From a virus (taxonomy: Duplodnaviria > Caudoviricetes): a stretch of DNA of 53,474 bases. The notes below the pieces were generated by a model. It had not been told where the DNA came from and did no database searches. It saw only the letters and a program-made list of their open reading frames with translations. The position numbers and the translations under genes were made by a program. Each line of letters begins with the position of its first letter. The stretch's first letter is position 1. Location of the stretch: positions 1 through 53,474 of IMG/VR virus record IMGVR_UViG_3300025131_010455. One strand, written 5' to 3'. Positions 1-10,635 of this stretch are shown in pieces.

Positions 1-3000
1 ATACATAGCATAGGGTGTTGTGCTATTGTTATTAATCCAATCAAATTGTGGTGGTATAATATATTTTCCTATTTTTTGACACATGCCCCAAATTGATTGG
101 CCAAATATATTAGTCGCAACTTCAAAGGCTTCTGCAGATAGGTCGGCCCCAAGAAGCCCTGCAGGGTCTAAAGTTGTTATTTCGCGCAATAAATTAATAT
201 TAGCTTTTTCTTTTATAATGGAAATAAATTCTCTCTTGTTTCCAACTACGCGATAAGGCATTGCAATTACCGCTTCAGAAATTTCTTTAGAGTCGGCCAA
301 TCGTCCTAATTGTTTCTTCTTACCGCCCTTCCCCTCCGAGCCAAATATACGTTTAAACAATGAACCAGTTTTAGGATTATATGCGGCCGGCCGAAAACTG
401 TCTTTTAACTCAATAAATATTCCTTCATTGTTGTTGGGGATTAATCCATAATCTTTCCAAACGCCAAAAGAGGTTGCAGGAACTTTGGCAGTACTGTATC
501 CAGAAGCAAAATCTCCATCACAACAATGAGGCACACGATTATCGCCATAAAGGTTCGAATCTAAAGCTCCGGAATAATTCAAAATTGGCGTTTCAAATTT
601 ACTATTTACTGACCACACATTAAAAGAGTCTTCTGGGCTTTCTTCTACTTCCAGTGCTTGGCCTGTAATTGCTGCCCATTTAGCTTTTTTAATGCTTGTT
701 CTGGTGAACAAATTAACTGAAGCTGATAGCTGCATTGCATTTACAAAAGCAAGATTTTCATGACTAGCGCTTGGCATTCCGTGGGGGCGAGCATTCATCA
801 CTAACGAATCTCTCATAGTGTCGGCATTTAAGCCAGCATATGAATTGAAATAATGCGTGTTATTTTTACAATAATCAATTATTTCTTTAAAAGCAAATTC
901 GCTTGATTCTTTTTCGAACATTTCACGTGCCTGATCTGGCTTAAATACCATTCTAGCTGTAGCTCTCCCATAAAAATAAGGTGGTGTATATGGCGCATAT
1001 GCTGCACCTCCAACATTTCCACTTTTATAATGTTCTAGGAAGTTGGCTTCACTACCCAATGTATCTTGAATTTGAGTTGGGAATCCATAGGGCGCGCCAC
1101 GTGCATGTATAGTATAGGGTGCCTTATCAGTTGTAGCACCATGCCATGTTCCTTGCGGCGAGCCGTCACCACCATTAACAGCAAATTTAGATGGACCTTC
1201 ATACATAATAAAATCTTTAGTTTTATACATGTCTACATCCATATAATATGTCGTACCAGATTGAAATATTAAATCACACTTATGTTGAGGCGTGGACACA
1301 AAAGAAGTAAAAACTTCCTTTTCTAAGAAAAATTTAGGTATTTCTCCAAAAAAGTTATGAGCCGCTAAAGAATATCTAAAATCACTATCTCCATCCCAAG
1401 CAAACTCATGAGTGCGACCGAGCTGAGCTGCAGCTTGTAAAGTTTCAGCTGTCACATTTCCAATAATTCTTGATGAACCATCAGAGCTGCTAATTGGTAA
1501 AACTTCCGCCGGATTCAATAAGCTTTCAAAAGAAAGTCTATAATCAAAAGAAGTCTCTGAATTCGTATATTTATTATCACCTGCAGGTATTATAGTGCCA
1601 GTTAATGCGGGATAATCAACAGCGATACCAGATTTTATTGTATTATACATTATACCCGGTGCATAAAAAAGATCTAAGAAAGCTTGCAAACCTTCGGCGC
1701 GCCATTCTGCTGGTATATTTTGATTTATAGTGCCCAATTTTCGAGTGCCCAATGTATCAGGATCGATACCAGAGCCGGTCGTAGCTATAATATGCGGTCC
1801 AAACGATTGAGATAACATAGCTCCAAGTTGTACAGTTCTTAACATGGGATAAAAGCCATTGTATGGTAATAGTTTTTTAATACCCTTACAAGTTAATTTA
1901 AACATTTTTGGTTTTGCAATCCCATCGTGATCACTTTTGATTGCCTTATAATACTTCATAAACTCAGTATGAGAAAATGTTGTATAAAACTGATCATCAA
2001 CCACATCTGAACTTGCAGAAAATATATCAGCACCTTCAAGTGTAAGAAATTCATTATTTTTCACGTGAAATCCATGAGCGCTTGATAAGTATTTATCCAT
2101 ATGCTCAGAAATTCTAAACTCTGGAATTACTGAATAATTTTGACCCATTACTCTAATATCTTCGGCATAATCATCATATGAATCGTACCAGGGATCTCGG
2201 CCAGCTTGCTTGTTCGCCCTATATGTTGCCCACCACATGTGACTTTTATGATTGGCATTTGCTGCACTTTGACTGACCACGTCAAATCTTGGATACTCAT
2301 AACACAATGAAGCTGAATTTGCCAATGGTTGAAAACCAGATGTGTTGCCGGCAGTCCAATTGTCAAAAGCTTTCAGATGATAACTATAAGCATTATTATA
2401 CCAATGCCAAAACTGAGTAGTGCCTAAAGCCCCATTCTCCACAAAAACTTTGTCCGCTTCAGCAGTAAGGCTGAAGTTGGCGCTACTAGTTGTTGGAAGG
2501 TTCATACTATAGCGCCAATTAGAAGTATAGCTAGTATTTGCTATCTGATCTCTCGCGCTAACAGCCAAACTTGTGCCTGGATAGTTACAGTCCAATGGCC
2601 AAACACTCAAACCGGCTGAAGATGTACCTACATCATTATAACCAGCTGCTCCCGGACTAGAATTATAATTCCATGTTGATCCTGGCACTTGAAGGAAGTC
2701 TAAATCATTTCTTGCCTGATATCGACCTTCAAGTCGCATGCGATCGACTTCTTTGGCACGCCAGAATGTTCTAAGTGGTCTATAATTTCTAATTTTATTC
2801 GGATGAATTGCAAAAACGCGGCGATTAATACTATTTTCTGTGACCACAGACAGTGGCCAATCATTTTCTTCACCATTAACCTCTGACTCTTCAGTATATC
2901 GTGTTCTTCCGCGAACTTTCTTTAAATACGTATTTTGCTCTCTTGGGAATATTGTTTCTCTATATAATAAATTTTTAAATTTTAAACTAGAAAGCACTTC

Positions 3001-6000
3001 AACTTCATTATCAATATAAATCGACTTAAGATCTTCATAGAATTGTTTTCCAATTTCAGAATTTAAGTTAATTGAAGTATGTTCTATATTTAAAAGATCA
3101 CCGTTGACGCCATCGTGTGTTGAAAAATAAACCAAATTGTTACCATATGTATGTTCTAGAGTCAGTCCTTTCTTGTCTGTTGTATCTATTCTATGAATCA
3201 TTGGCCTATATCTAGAAGAAACTGGTGGCTCAGTAAAATGTATAAATCTATCAAATATTTTTATAGTCTGACCAACTTTCGGAAGTTTATAGTCTGGAAA
3301 ATTAATGTTATTATTTTTTCTCTGGTAACGCGCAACAGGATGTTCGCCTGTGCGTATTTGCTTCCACGATGGCCATCCATATATACCGCCTCGATTAAGC
3401 ATAATCGCATTAAAAGCCACACCGCTATCCCTACCAGAAGGCTGAGCACCTTCATTTATACTATATCCTCCAACAACAGACGAAATAAAATGTCTATTAA
3501 GATATTGGGCGTCAGTAAGTGCTGCATCTCCAATATAAGGAGTTCCAAGCGGCCATCCAACATTGTTATCCGAACTAGTAATCGGCTCAAGAATATGAAA
3601 ATTAAGGCCTGCAAAATCTGTGTGGTGTCTAGAAGCATCTATAATATTGCTGGCGCCGTGCCTTTTGTCTGCACCCCAACGGCGCACATTTAATCCTAGA
3701 TTATAAAAAGTGCCAAATTCACTAGCACTTAAAAATCGTAAACCACCAGAGACATCAGAAGAGGCAAAGCTAGCAAGACTATGATCAGGTTGTTGATAAC
3801 CAACAATAATGTTTTCTGCAGATGCAGTAATCCATGCATATTGCATATCGCTCTGTGGGATTTGATGTCTAACATACCAATTATCATATTGTGATGCTGT
3901 TATTACGGTACCACCTTCTGAAACGTGACCAAGGCCGCCGGCAGAACCATATGCCCCTTCAAACTTTAATACTTTTTTGGTATTCCTATTAACTTTGTGA
4001 TAAGATGCAGTTCCCTCATACGTATAGACAGAGGCGGCGCCAGAAATGCCATCATAAGCGCCAGGATAAATAAATCCAGCAGCAATAGCGCGAGCCCAGC
4101 TTGAAGAATTTTGCATATCACTTTGATATCCAAATTGTTTTGTGTGGTTTGTTAATAATTCTTTAAGTGCTGTTCTGACAGAAAGATTTCTCCAAGGTAA
4201 AGCATTATATACTGAATATTCTTCTGCTTCAACATCTAAAAATCCTCTGCTCATAACTTCTGCACCGCCAGGTGCAGAAAACTTGTTAACAAACACAAAC
4301 TTATTAGTGCCGGCTATATCTCGATCTGGTAAGTTAAAACCAACATGACCACTAAATACATTATCTTCTACTGCGATTATATTTATTGCCCCATCCTCAA
4401 CAAGAGCGCGATTGTTAGTTGAGCGACCATGGGTTTGAACTACCTCATAATCATGAGTGTAATTTCCTATATTTGTATAATATCCTTTGGCTGAAGAACC
4501 TGTTGTCTGTCTAATATTTCTAATGTTGACAGGTCTTTTTGCTGTTTCGTCGCGATAAAATACAGCACGAGGATTGTCATATCCGCCAAAATCTGAATCA
4601 AGCGGATTGCTTACTTTATACCATTCATTACTGGGAGTTGCAGATTGCGACAATCTCCAACCTTCTTCTCTGTTAGTAGCATCATTTCCGGTGCCAAGAT
4701 GTGTCCAAACGTGTCTGTGTTGTTTTCCTCCAACATGTTTTTCTGTAAACGGCCCTTGCATTGGTACTTCTTTATCGGATCCGTATGTATCGTGATGTAA
4801 ATTAACTATTCGCGCATTAGCTGGACCTTGATTGCTATCAAGTTTTTGATCAACATTATCTTGAGTAAGAATATTAAATGGAAATAAAAGTTCACCCTTG
4901 CCGGCTTCTGAGTTTGCTCCCTCGACTTTAAAAACAAATTTGCGTTTTGTATTTAAAGTAGGGTCATCTTGACAATCAACAGCTATGTGTCCGCTATAGG
5001 TATCAACGCTTCCTGTTTTAAAATAAGATGCAGATGCCTGTAAGTGATTATTCGCATCAGAATTGTCAAAAACTCTAAATATTGCATTCGAATAATCAAG
5101 TTTTTTATTATCAGAAAAGTTAGTACCGCCATGAATTATTTTATTTCTTTCGACTTTATATCGATACGGGCGAGAAAATCTTCTTATTGCATAAGTGGAT
5201 CCAGAAACATTTTTACTAGTATATGTTGTTTGAATAGTTTGTCTATTATTGTCGACATTAGAATCTCCACTAGAATATGGAGCTGCCTTAGTAGATCGAT
5301 CTTTCCACCACAAACAGTTATCAGATTGATCGGTAGCTACAGCAGGAACAGGTGCGTGTCCCTGCTTCCAATTATAAAGCATTTCATTGATGCCAAATAA
5401 GTGTGCTTCAGGGTCATCTAATTTTATTTCCAAAGTGGGGAATTTGGTCCAATATTTATTTCTTTCTAATATATGGCTTTCAACCATATTTCGAATACCT
5501 TGACCAAATTCTGCAGATGCAGGTACCAGCTGCTCTAAGAATATACCTAGTGCAGAATCAATCCATTTATAATAATCAATAAATTTTACTAAATTAGGAG
5601 TATTACCAACTCTTTCAAAGAAAAGTTGTCTCAATTTAGATAAATCTTTATAATCTTGTCGATATCTATTAACTGGTTCTCCAATTAAGTTATTAAAATC
5701 AACAATTGTCGCAAAGAAATTAATTATTTCCTCTGAAATAACTTGATACATGCTTTTTTCAAAAGCAAAAAAGTGACTAATCGGCCTAGTTTCTCGTGTG
5801 AATATTAAATCGTCGTCCGCTTCTGATTCTAATATTTTTATAGTATCGGAAGAATGTAGGTTTTCAGGTAAAGATTGCTTTGAGCTTTGTACAAACTCTT
5901 TAGTTATAACTGTAGTGTTCGCAGGAAAATTATATCCAACGCCAGTGTGTTGTTTTTTAAGTAAATGACCTTGTGTGCCATATCTATCATTTAAATATAC

Positions 6001-8913
6001 AGAGCCGGATGAAATATCTTGCACTGCGAAAAAGCCATCGCTGTTAGAGCTAGTTACTTGGTTAAAATCCCAGTGCAGTGCTAAGGTTTCTAATTGTGGT
6101 ATATAATTATCAGTTAACTTTGTCTGGCCAGGATATGCGTGCCAATAGGCATTTAAAGTACCAAAATTAGATGCATCTCTGGCATGTGCATTGATTGCGC
6201 CGTTTGGAATATAATCTGCCCAAGCGCGAGTTGAAGATATTCGTATATCAGTAGGAGCTTGAAGTGTTCCACTGAAATCTGTTCTATGAGCGCCGATGTA
6301 AAGACGCTTTGAGCTAGTTAAGAATGTCACCCCACGAGAGCTATCAACTGTTCCAGTGACGAAAAATGATTCTAATATTGTATCTTTGTCAATATTCACA
6401 CCATAAAATTCAACCTTATAGTCTTGATTGGCAAAGTGTGAACCACCCAATTTATAAGATTGAGGATGACTTTTCGGAAGTACTCTAACTGCAAAATTCC
6501 ATTTTCTATTATCATATACATTTTTAAATGTTGAGCTTGTTAATTCAAGAGCCAAAGATTTTCGCGAACTGGTAAGCATAAATCTCACATCAGATTTAGT
6601 ATAACCTTTTCCGCTTATAACATCTTCATGTAAGGTTTTTCTAACGGCATACACTTGAAAGTTAGCAGCATCTGGATTATTCCAAGCGGTATCCCCTTGA
6701 TCCCCGACTTCTGATGCCGGCATATGTATGCCAAAAATTGAACTTGATACAAAATCAGCTGGTATCCAATTAGCCTCATTGACTTTAAACTGCTTAGGGA
6801 ATAGCACTTCTGTTTCAAATGTCATCGCAGAGCCTGAATCGATTGTCCCTGACATAAATGATGTTGAATTCAAATTACTACTAGCTGTCATTTGGTAAAC
6901 AACAGAATCATTGGTATCTGAGGTGTAAAAATTAACATAATTTTTTCTTACAACAGAATCTCTAAAATTATCTTTAAGATCATATGTGATGCCATGACCA
7001 TAAATGTTGAATTTAATTAATTCATCATCCACGCCAAAACATCGAATCAAATTTCTAAATGACTTTTCCGTGCCTTTTGATTTGTATATATAAATTAAGT
7101 TGTTATATATGTTTTGATAAATTAGGTTTTTTAAATTATGAATTTTATCTTCAAATTTTTTGTTATGACTCTGTTGTAACATGTGCTCTAAAATTGTTGC
7201 ATCTGCAAATAATTCAGGCGTAAAGAGTCCTTTATCGGTTAATAATTTTCTTGTGAACGGAAGTGGTTTAAAACTACTGCTAAAATACGTTTCATTTTTT
7301 AACTTATTTAATGAATCTATTTGCAACCAAACAGTGTCAAAATAACTTGACATTATCTGAGTTAATTTTTTAGCGGTCAGATCGCCTTTATATTCGTCTT
7401 CCTCTATAATCCATGCAGGAAGCGAATGATACATCGATGCATTGTTGCGATAATCATATTCAACACCAATTTTTCTTTTTCCTTCAGCATATGCAGAAAC
7501 ACGTGGATGAAATGAATATAGAATTGGATCTTTAAATTCTGCTGCGGAGGCGCTAGATTCTACTATGGCAGAGCCAGTGCTTCGGGAAACTGTTTTATAA
7601 TTATTAAACGTTCCATTACTAATTCTTCCTGAATAGTCTAAAATCGTTTGATCTACAGAAGAAGTTTGTGTTACCCCTTCATTAAATTTATAATAAATTC
7701 CTAAATCAGTATTTGCTAAATCAGTATTTGTTCCACCTCCAATATCTCTAAAATAATTTAAATTAATATCTTTTGAACTTCTTTTCGTTTTCCAGAATCT
7801 AAAATCATCAATTGAAGCAGATAATTTACCCCAACCGAGGCCGGCTTCGGTTCTAGTAGAGTCAACAGTATGCGCACATAAGGCGCCAATTGTACCAGTT
7901 AGCGTGCCGCTAATATAGCCAACAGTCCCAGCTAGCGTTTCTGAAGCAACTGCAGATCCCTTATAAAGATTTTCCACGGCGCCGGTAATTGTGTGATTGC
8001 ATTTTCCATCAATATATAATTTTGATTCAAGATTAGAAGAAACATTTTTGAATGTAAACGCATAATGATGCCATGCGCCATCTGCTATGCTGCCAGTTGT
8101 AATATCTTTTCCAATACTAGCAGTCGCAAAGCCGGCAGCATTTTCTGTGCCTGACATATAAGTAACATAAAATGGTGAATCGTTATATCCCTGACCGCCA
8201 GACATTTCAATTGTCAAACGAGCAGAATCTTCAGCTGATGCACCTCCGTTTGTAGTTAAAGCAACATCAAATATGACCTCTTTGTTTGTAAGTGAAGGAA
8301 GAAATTCATCTTTTTTCATCCAAAATTCTACAGTATTACCCTTAGTACCTCCAATTTTTAGATTAGATTCTCTTCTTTTGCCGAGATCAAGTATGTTAGC
8401 ATAACCATCAGTCCAATCACCAGATGTATCTTGTATATCTTTACCTTTAACGCGCTTGCTGGTATGTGGCCCACCTTTTATTGAAATATATTCATATGAA
8501 CCGGTCTCGGGCGCGCCATAACCATCATATAAACCATTTTGTGTTCCCCAACCGCTGGCACCTACGCCGCCGGTGTGGGCAGAAAATATTACATAACCAT
8601 TTGTTCTAGGATATTCATTATCAAAAATGTGGATATCAAAATAAGAAGCACTATTGTACCAATCTAGTCTCTCAAACAAAGACCCATCATAAGGATAAGT
8701 CTTATAAATTCTTGAAATTGCATCTTCATAATATTGTTCTGCGGAACCAAATTTTGCAAAATTGCCTGCATTTGAAAAATCGACTGCTGGAATAAATCTA
8801 TCTTTATCTTTTTTCCACGCTTCGATGTATCTATAAGATTCTGCTTCTTCTCCTATGGTACCTAAGCTAGCAGAAGAATATGTTTTATTAAATAAATCTT
8901 TTATATTTGCCAT
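1..8913 (-). CDS. Giant virion protein (>=2971 aa, 3' end runs off the window) with LamG/concanavalin-A-like domain(s) and a P2 gpI/T4 gp7-like baseplate motif
   Basis: ATG at 8913-8911 (MANIKDLFNKTYSS...). Same frame reads sensibly where spot-checked (~5041-5100 LDYSNAIFRVFDNSDANNHL; 1-60 IIPPQFDWINNNSTTPYAMY), and its absence from the ORF track fits an ORF with no stop in the window. LamG signatures VEFWMK, WHHYAFT, LYIDG, IDDFRFW (~8335-7790). YKSKGTEKSFRNLIRCFG at ~7030-7090. Confidence 0.85.
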   Translation of the reverse strand, partial: MANIKDLFNKTYSSASLGTIGEEAESYRYIEAWKKDKDRFIPAVDFSNAGNFAKFGSAEQYYEDAISRIYKTYPYDGSLFERLDWYNSASYFDIHIFDNEYPRTNGYVIFSAHTGGVGASGWGTQNGLYDGYGAPETGSYEYISIKGGPHTSKRVKGKDIQDTSGDWTDGYANILDLGKRRESNLKIGGTKGNTVEFWMKKDEFLPSLTNKEVIFDVALTTNGGASAEDSARLTIEMSGGQGYNDSPFYVTYMSGTENAAGFATASIGKDITTGSIADGAWHHYAFTFKNVSSNLESKLYIDGKCNHTITGAVENLYKGSAVASETLAGTVGYISGTLTGTIGALCAHTVDSTRTEAGLGWGKLSASIDDFRFWKTKRSSKDINLNYFRDIGGGTNTDLANTDLGIYYKFNEGVTQTSSVDQTILDYSGRISNGTFNNYKTVSRSTGSAIVESSASAAEFKDPILYSFHPRVSAYAEGKRKIGVEYDYRNNASMYHSLPAWIIEEDEYKGDLTAKKLTQIMSSYFDTVWLQIDSLNKLKNETYFSSSFKPLPFTRKLLTDKGLFTPELFADATILEHMLQQSHNKKFEDKIHNLKNLIYQNIYNNLIYIYKSKGTEKSFRNLIRCFGVDDELIKFNIYGHGITYDLKDNFRDSVVRKNYVNFYTSDTNDSVVYQMTASSNLNSTSFMSGTIDSGSAMTFETEVLFPKQFKVNEANWIPADFVSSSIFGIHMPASEVGDQGDTAWNNPDAANFQVYAVRKTLHEDVISGKGYTKSDVRFMLTSSRKSLALELTSSTFKNVYDNRKWNFAVRVLPKSHPQSYKLGGSHFANQDYKVEFYGVNIDKDTILESFFVTGTVDSSRGVTFLTSSKRLYIGAHRTDFSGTLQAPTDIRISSTRAWADYIPNGAINAHARDASNFGTLNAYWHAYPGQTKLTDNYIPQLETLALHWDFNQVTSSNSDGFFAVQDISSGSVYLNDRYGTQGHLLKKQHTGVGYNFPANTTVITKEFVQSSKQSLPENLHSSDTIKILESEADDDLIFTRETRPISHFFAFEKSMYQVISEEIINFFATIVDFNNLIGEPVNRYRQDYKDLSKLRQLFFERVGNTPNLVKFIDYYKWIDSALGIFLEQLVPASAEFGQGIRNMVESHILERNKYWTKFPTLEIKLDDPEAHLFGINEMLYNWKQGHAPVPAVATDQSDNCLWWKDRSTKAAPYSSGDSNVDNNRQTIQTTYTSKNVSGSTYAIRRFSRPYRYKVERNKIIHGGTNFSDNKKLDYSNAIFRVFDNSDANNHLQASASYFKTGSVDTYSGHIAVDCQDDPTLNTKRKFVFKVEGANSEAGKGELLFPFNILTQDNVDQKLDSNQGPANARIVNLHHDTYGSDKEVPMQGPFTEKHVGGKQHRHVWTHLGTGNDATNREEGWRLSQSATPSNEWYKVSNPLDSDFGGYDNPRAVFYRDETAKRPVNIRNIRQTTGSSAKGYYTNIGNYTHDYEVVQTHGRSTNNRALVEDGAINIIAVEDNVFSGHVGFNLPDRDIAGTNKFVFVNKFSAPGGAEVMSRGFLDVEAEEYSVYNALPWRNLSVRTALKELLTNHTKQFGYQSDMQNSSSWARAIAAGFIYPGAYDGISGAASVYTYEGTASYHKVNRNTKKVLKFEGAYGSAGGLGHVSEGGTVITASQYDNWYVRHQIPQSDMQYAWITASAENIIVGYQQPDHSLASFASSDVSGGLRFLSASEFGTFYNLGLNVRRWGADKRHGASNIIDASRHHTDFAGLNFHILEPITSSDNNVGWPLGTPYIGDAALTDAQYLNRHFISSVVGGYSINEGAQPSGRDSGVAFNAIMLNRGGIYGWPSWKQIRTGEHPVARYQRKNNNINFPDYKLPKVGQTIKIFDRFIHFTEPPVSSRYRPMIHRIDTTDKKGLTLEHTYGNNLVYFSTHDGVNGDLLNIEHTSINLNSEIGKQFYEDLKSIYIDNEVEVLSSLKFKNLLYRETIFPREQNTYLKKVRGRTRYTEESEVNGEENDWPLSVVTENSINRRVFAIHPNKIRNYRPLRTFWRAKEVDRMRLEGRYQARNDLDFLQVPGSTWNYNSSPGAAGYNDVGTSSAGLSVWPLDCNYPGTSLAVSARDQIANTSYTSNWRYSMNLPTTSSANFSLTAEADKVFVENGALGTTQFWHWYNNAYSYHLKAFDNWTAGNTSGFQPLANSASLCYEYPRFDVVSQSAANANHKSHMWWATYRANKQAGRDPWYDSYDDYAEDIRVMGQNYSVIPEFRISEHMDKYLSSAHGFHVKNNEFLTLEGADIFSASSDVVDDQFYTTFSHTEFMKYYKAIKSDHDGIAKPKMFKLTCKGIKKLLPYNGFYPMLRTVQLGAMLSQSFGPHIIATTGSGIDPDTLGTRKLGTINQNIPAEWRAEGLQAFLDLFYAPGIMYNTIKSGIAVDYPALTGTIIPAGDNKYTNSETSFDYRLSFESLLNPAEVLPISSSDGSSRIIGNVTAETLQAAAQLGRTHEFAWDGDSDFRYSLAAHNFFGEIPKFFLEKEVFTSFVSTPQHKCDLIFQSGTTYYMDVDMYKTKDFIMYEGPSKFAVNGGDGSPQGTWHGATTDKAPYTIHARGAPYGFPTQIQDTLGSEANFLEHYKSGNVGGAAYAPYTPPYFYGRATARMVFKPDQAREMFEKESSEFAFKEIIDYCKNNTHYFNSYAGLNADTMRDSLVMNARPHGMPSASHENLAFVNAMQLSASVNLFTRTSIKKAKWAAITGQALEVEESPEDSFNVWSVNSKFETPILNYSGALDSNLYGDNRVPHCCDGDFASGYSTAKVPATSFGVWKDYGLIPNNNEGIFIELKDSFRPAAYNPKTGSLFKRIFGSEGKGGKKKQLGRLADSKEISEAVIAMPYRVVGNKREFISIIKEKANINLLREITTLDPAGLLGADLSAEAFEVATNIFGQSIWGMCQKIGKYIIPPQFDWINNNSTTPYAMY

Positions 8914-8919
8914 AACTAG

Positions 8920-10635
8920 CTATTCTACCCTAAATTTAAAAACTTCCGATTGTTCTACATACTTCTTATTAACTTTATAAAGAACCTTAATACCATAAGC
9001 AAAATCTTTTTGTAATAAAGACATGTCTAAATCAAAATAATTTCCACTAATATCATAAGAAAGTCTTGTGTGATTAACGCTACCAGTACCATACTTAATA
9101 ACGTCTAAATCATCGCTAATTCTAAAAACTTTATAATAAGCATCTTCAACATATTCGCTTTCAATATCAGTAGATGCTCTGCTGTAAATAGTTGGATTCC
9201 AATCTTTTTGTCTCACATACAATCTAAATCTAGCGGTTTCTTCATCTGTATATACAGGTTTTAAGTTTGTTATTGAGGATACGTAAGATGGGTTTAAATT
9301 ATGATGAGGCATGCTGCCGCTGTAAGACTTAACTGTTATCATCGAACCAGTGTATAATTCTGTATACGATGCCCCAACTCCGTTATAGCTCGGTGCGGAC
9401 TCAGTAAACCAAACATCATAAATTTTTGGGTCGCTTCCTGTATATGCAAATGTTGCTGAATAAATACCTTTTTCTATTCTCGATGCTGTAATTACAGTTT
9501 GAGCATTAACAGTGACGCCACCCACGCCATCAAGAGGCAAAGTCTTAGCTTGGTCGACGCCTTTTTTGAAACTTGAACTCGAATATATTCTAACATAAAG
9601 TTTTTCTTTTCCGTCTGCAGTCGCAGTGAGGCCGGGAATATCTTTTAATTGTCCTCGAATATTATTATAAAGATATAAAGTATTTAAATTATCTGCCCCA
9701 GGGGCTAGCGCGCTGCTCAAATAAAAATTTCCTCTATTATCTTTTTTCGAAGAATCCCATCTAACTTCTATTACCGGTCTCTTAAAAAAGAATTCCGTTC
9801 CTCTAGCAAAGAATTTTTTTGTATAATATGATTTTGTTGCGCCGGCAAGGTGCTGAAAATAATTTGTTCCAGATATCACGTGATACCCGGGATACTTGTC
9901 TGCGACATTAGAGCCGGAAAAATATCCTTCTTGGCTGGAAGTTAAAGAAATTATAACTCCATAGTCTGTTTTAGAACCTAAAACATCAGCATTTCCGCCA
10001 TCGCCGCGATCACCACTTCCCCCCGTATTAATCCACTGTTCTGCCAATGTAGTAATATCAATTTCTAAATCTTCTGTTCCGTCTGTAAAACTTAAAGTAA
10101 AAGAAGAAGATGATTCCGTTGGTCGACCATCGGGTCTAATATAGCCCTCATCGCTATTACCATTATCCGTAATATAATCGCCACCTTGAGTTTCCCAAGC
10201 AGTACCGGCACTAGCATTGATCCAATTTGCCCCTTCTTGATCGTATGTTTTATCTCGATAGCTTTCCATATCTAGACCAATGCCTTCTTCCCAAGACTTA
10301 GTCAGTGCAGATACCACAAGTGTAAAAGATTTTGGCACTGTAAATGGATGTATTGCATTGTACATTCTTAAATAAAATTGTGCACTTCCGCTTTGAGGAA
10401 TATCGCCATTTTCCCTAGATGATGAAATTTCTGACATTGGAAATTGAACTAAAATTCGTGATAATTCCGTAGTCTTAGCGCTAGTTGCCGTTTCCGCTGC
10501 TTGGCCATATATAGAGAACACCTCTAAAGAATCAGAAGCACCCATATTTGATGCAGTCGCACGTGTTGACAAATCTGATTTAAAAGCATTAGTAATTGTT
10601 GTATCTTTAGTTGCTACAAATCTTTTAATGGCCAT
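8920..10635 (-). CDS. Virion structural protein with DNRLRE/CBM96-like beta-sandwich N-terminal domain
   Basis: 571-aa ORF. Pattern KDTTI..NMG..SRILVQF..FYLRMY..WEEG..W..GGDY..IDIT..EQW..DYGVII..RPVIEV resembles DNRLRE domains. Lies between baseplate genes and overlaps the gp6-like gene by 1 nt. Confidence 0.6.
   Translation of the reverse strand: MAIKRFVATKDTTITNAFKSDLSTRATASNMGASDSLEVFSIYGQAAETATSAKTTELSRILVQFPMSEISSSRENGDIPQSGSAQFYLRMYNAIHPFTVPKSFTLVVSALTKSWEEGIGLDMESYRDKTYDQEGANWINASAGTAWETQGGDYITDNGNSDEGYIRPDGRPTESSSSFTLSFTDGTEDLEIDITTLAEQWINTGGSGDRGDGGNADVLGSKTDYGVIISLTSSQEGYFSGSNVADKYPGYHVISGTNYFQHLAGATKSYYTKKFFARGTEFFFKRPVIEVRWDSSKKDNRGNFYLSSALAPGADNLNTLYLYNNIRGQLKDIPGLTATADGKEKLYVRIYSSSSFKKGVDQAKTLPLDGVGGVTVNAQTVITASRIEKGIYSATFAYTGSDPKIYDVWFTESAPSYNGVGASYTELYTGSMITVKSYSGSMPHHNLNPSYVSSITNLKPVYTDEETARFRLYVRQKDWNPTIYSRASTDIESEYVEDAYYKVFRISDDLDVIKYGTGSVNHTRLSYDISGNYFDLDMSLLQKDFAYGIKVLYKVNKKYVEQSEVFKFRVE

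Noticed and set aside
1066-6818. Short track ORFs on both strands within 1-8.9 kb
   Set aside because: They are shadow frames of the giant minus-strand ORF 8913 to <1 and have no motifs.
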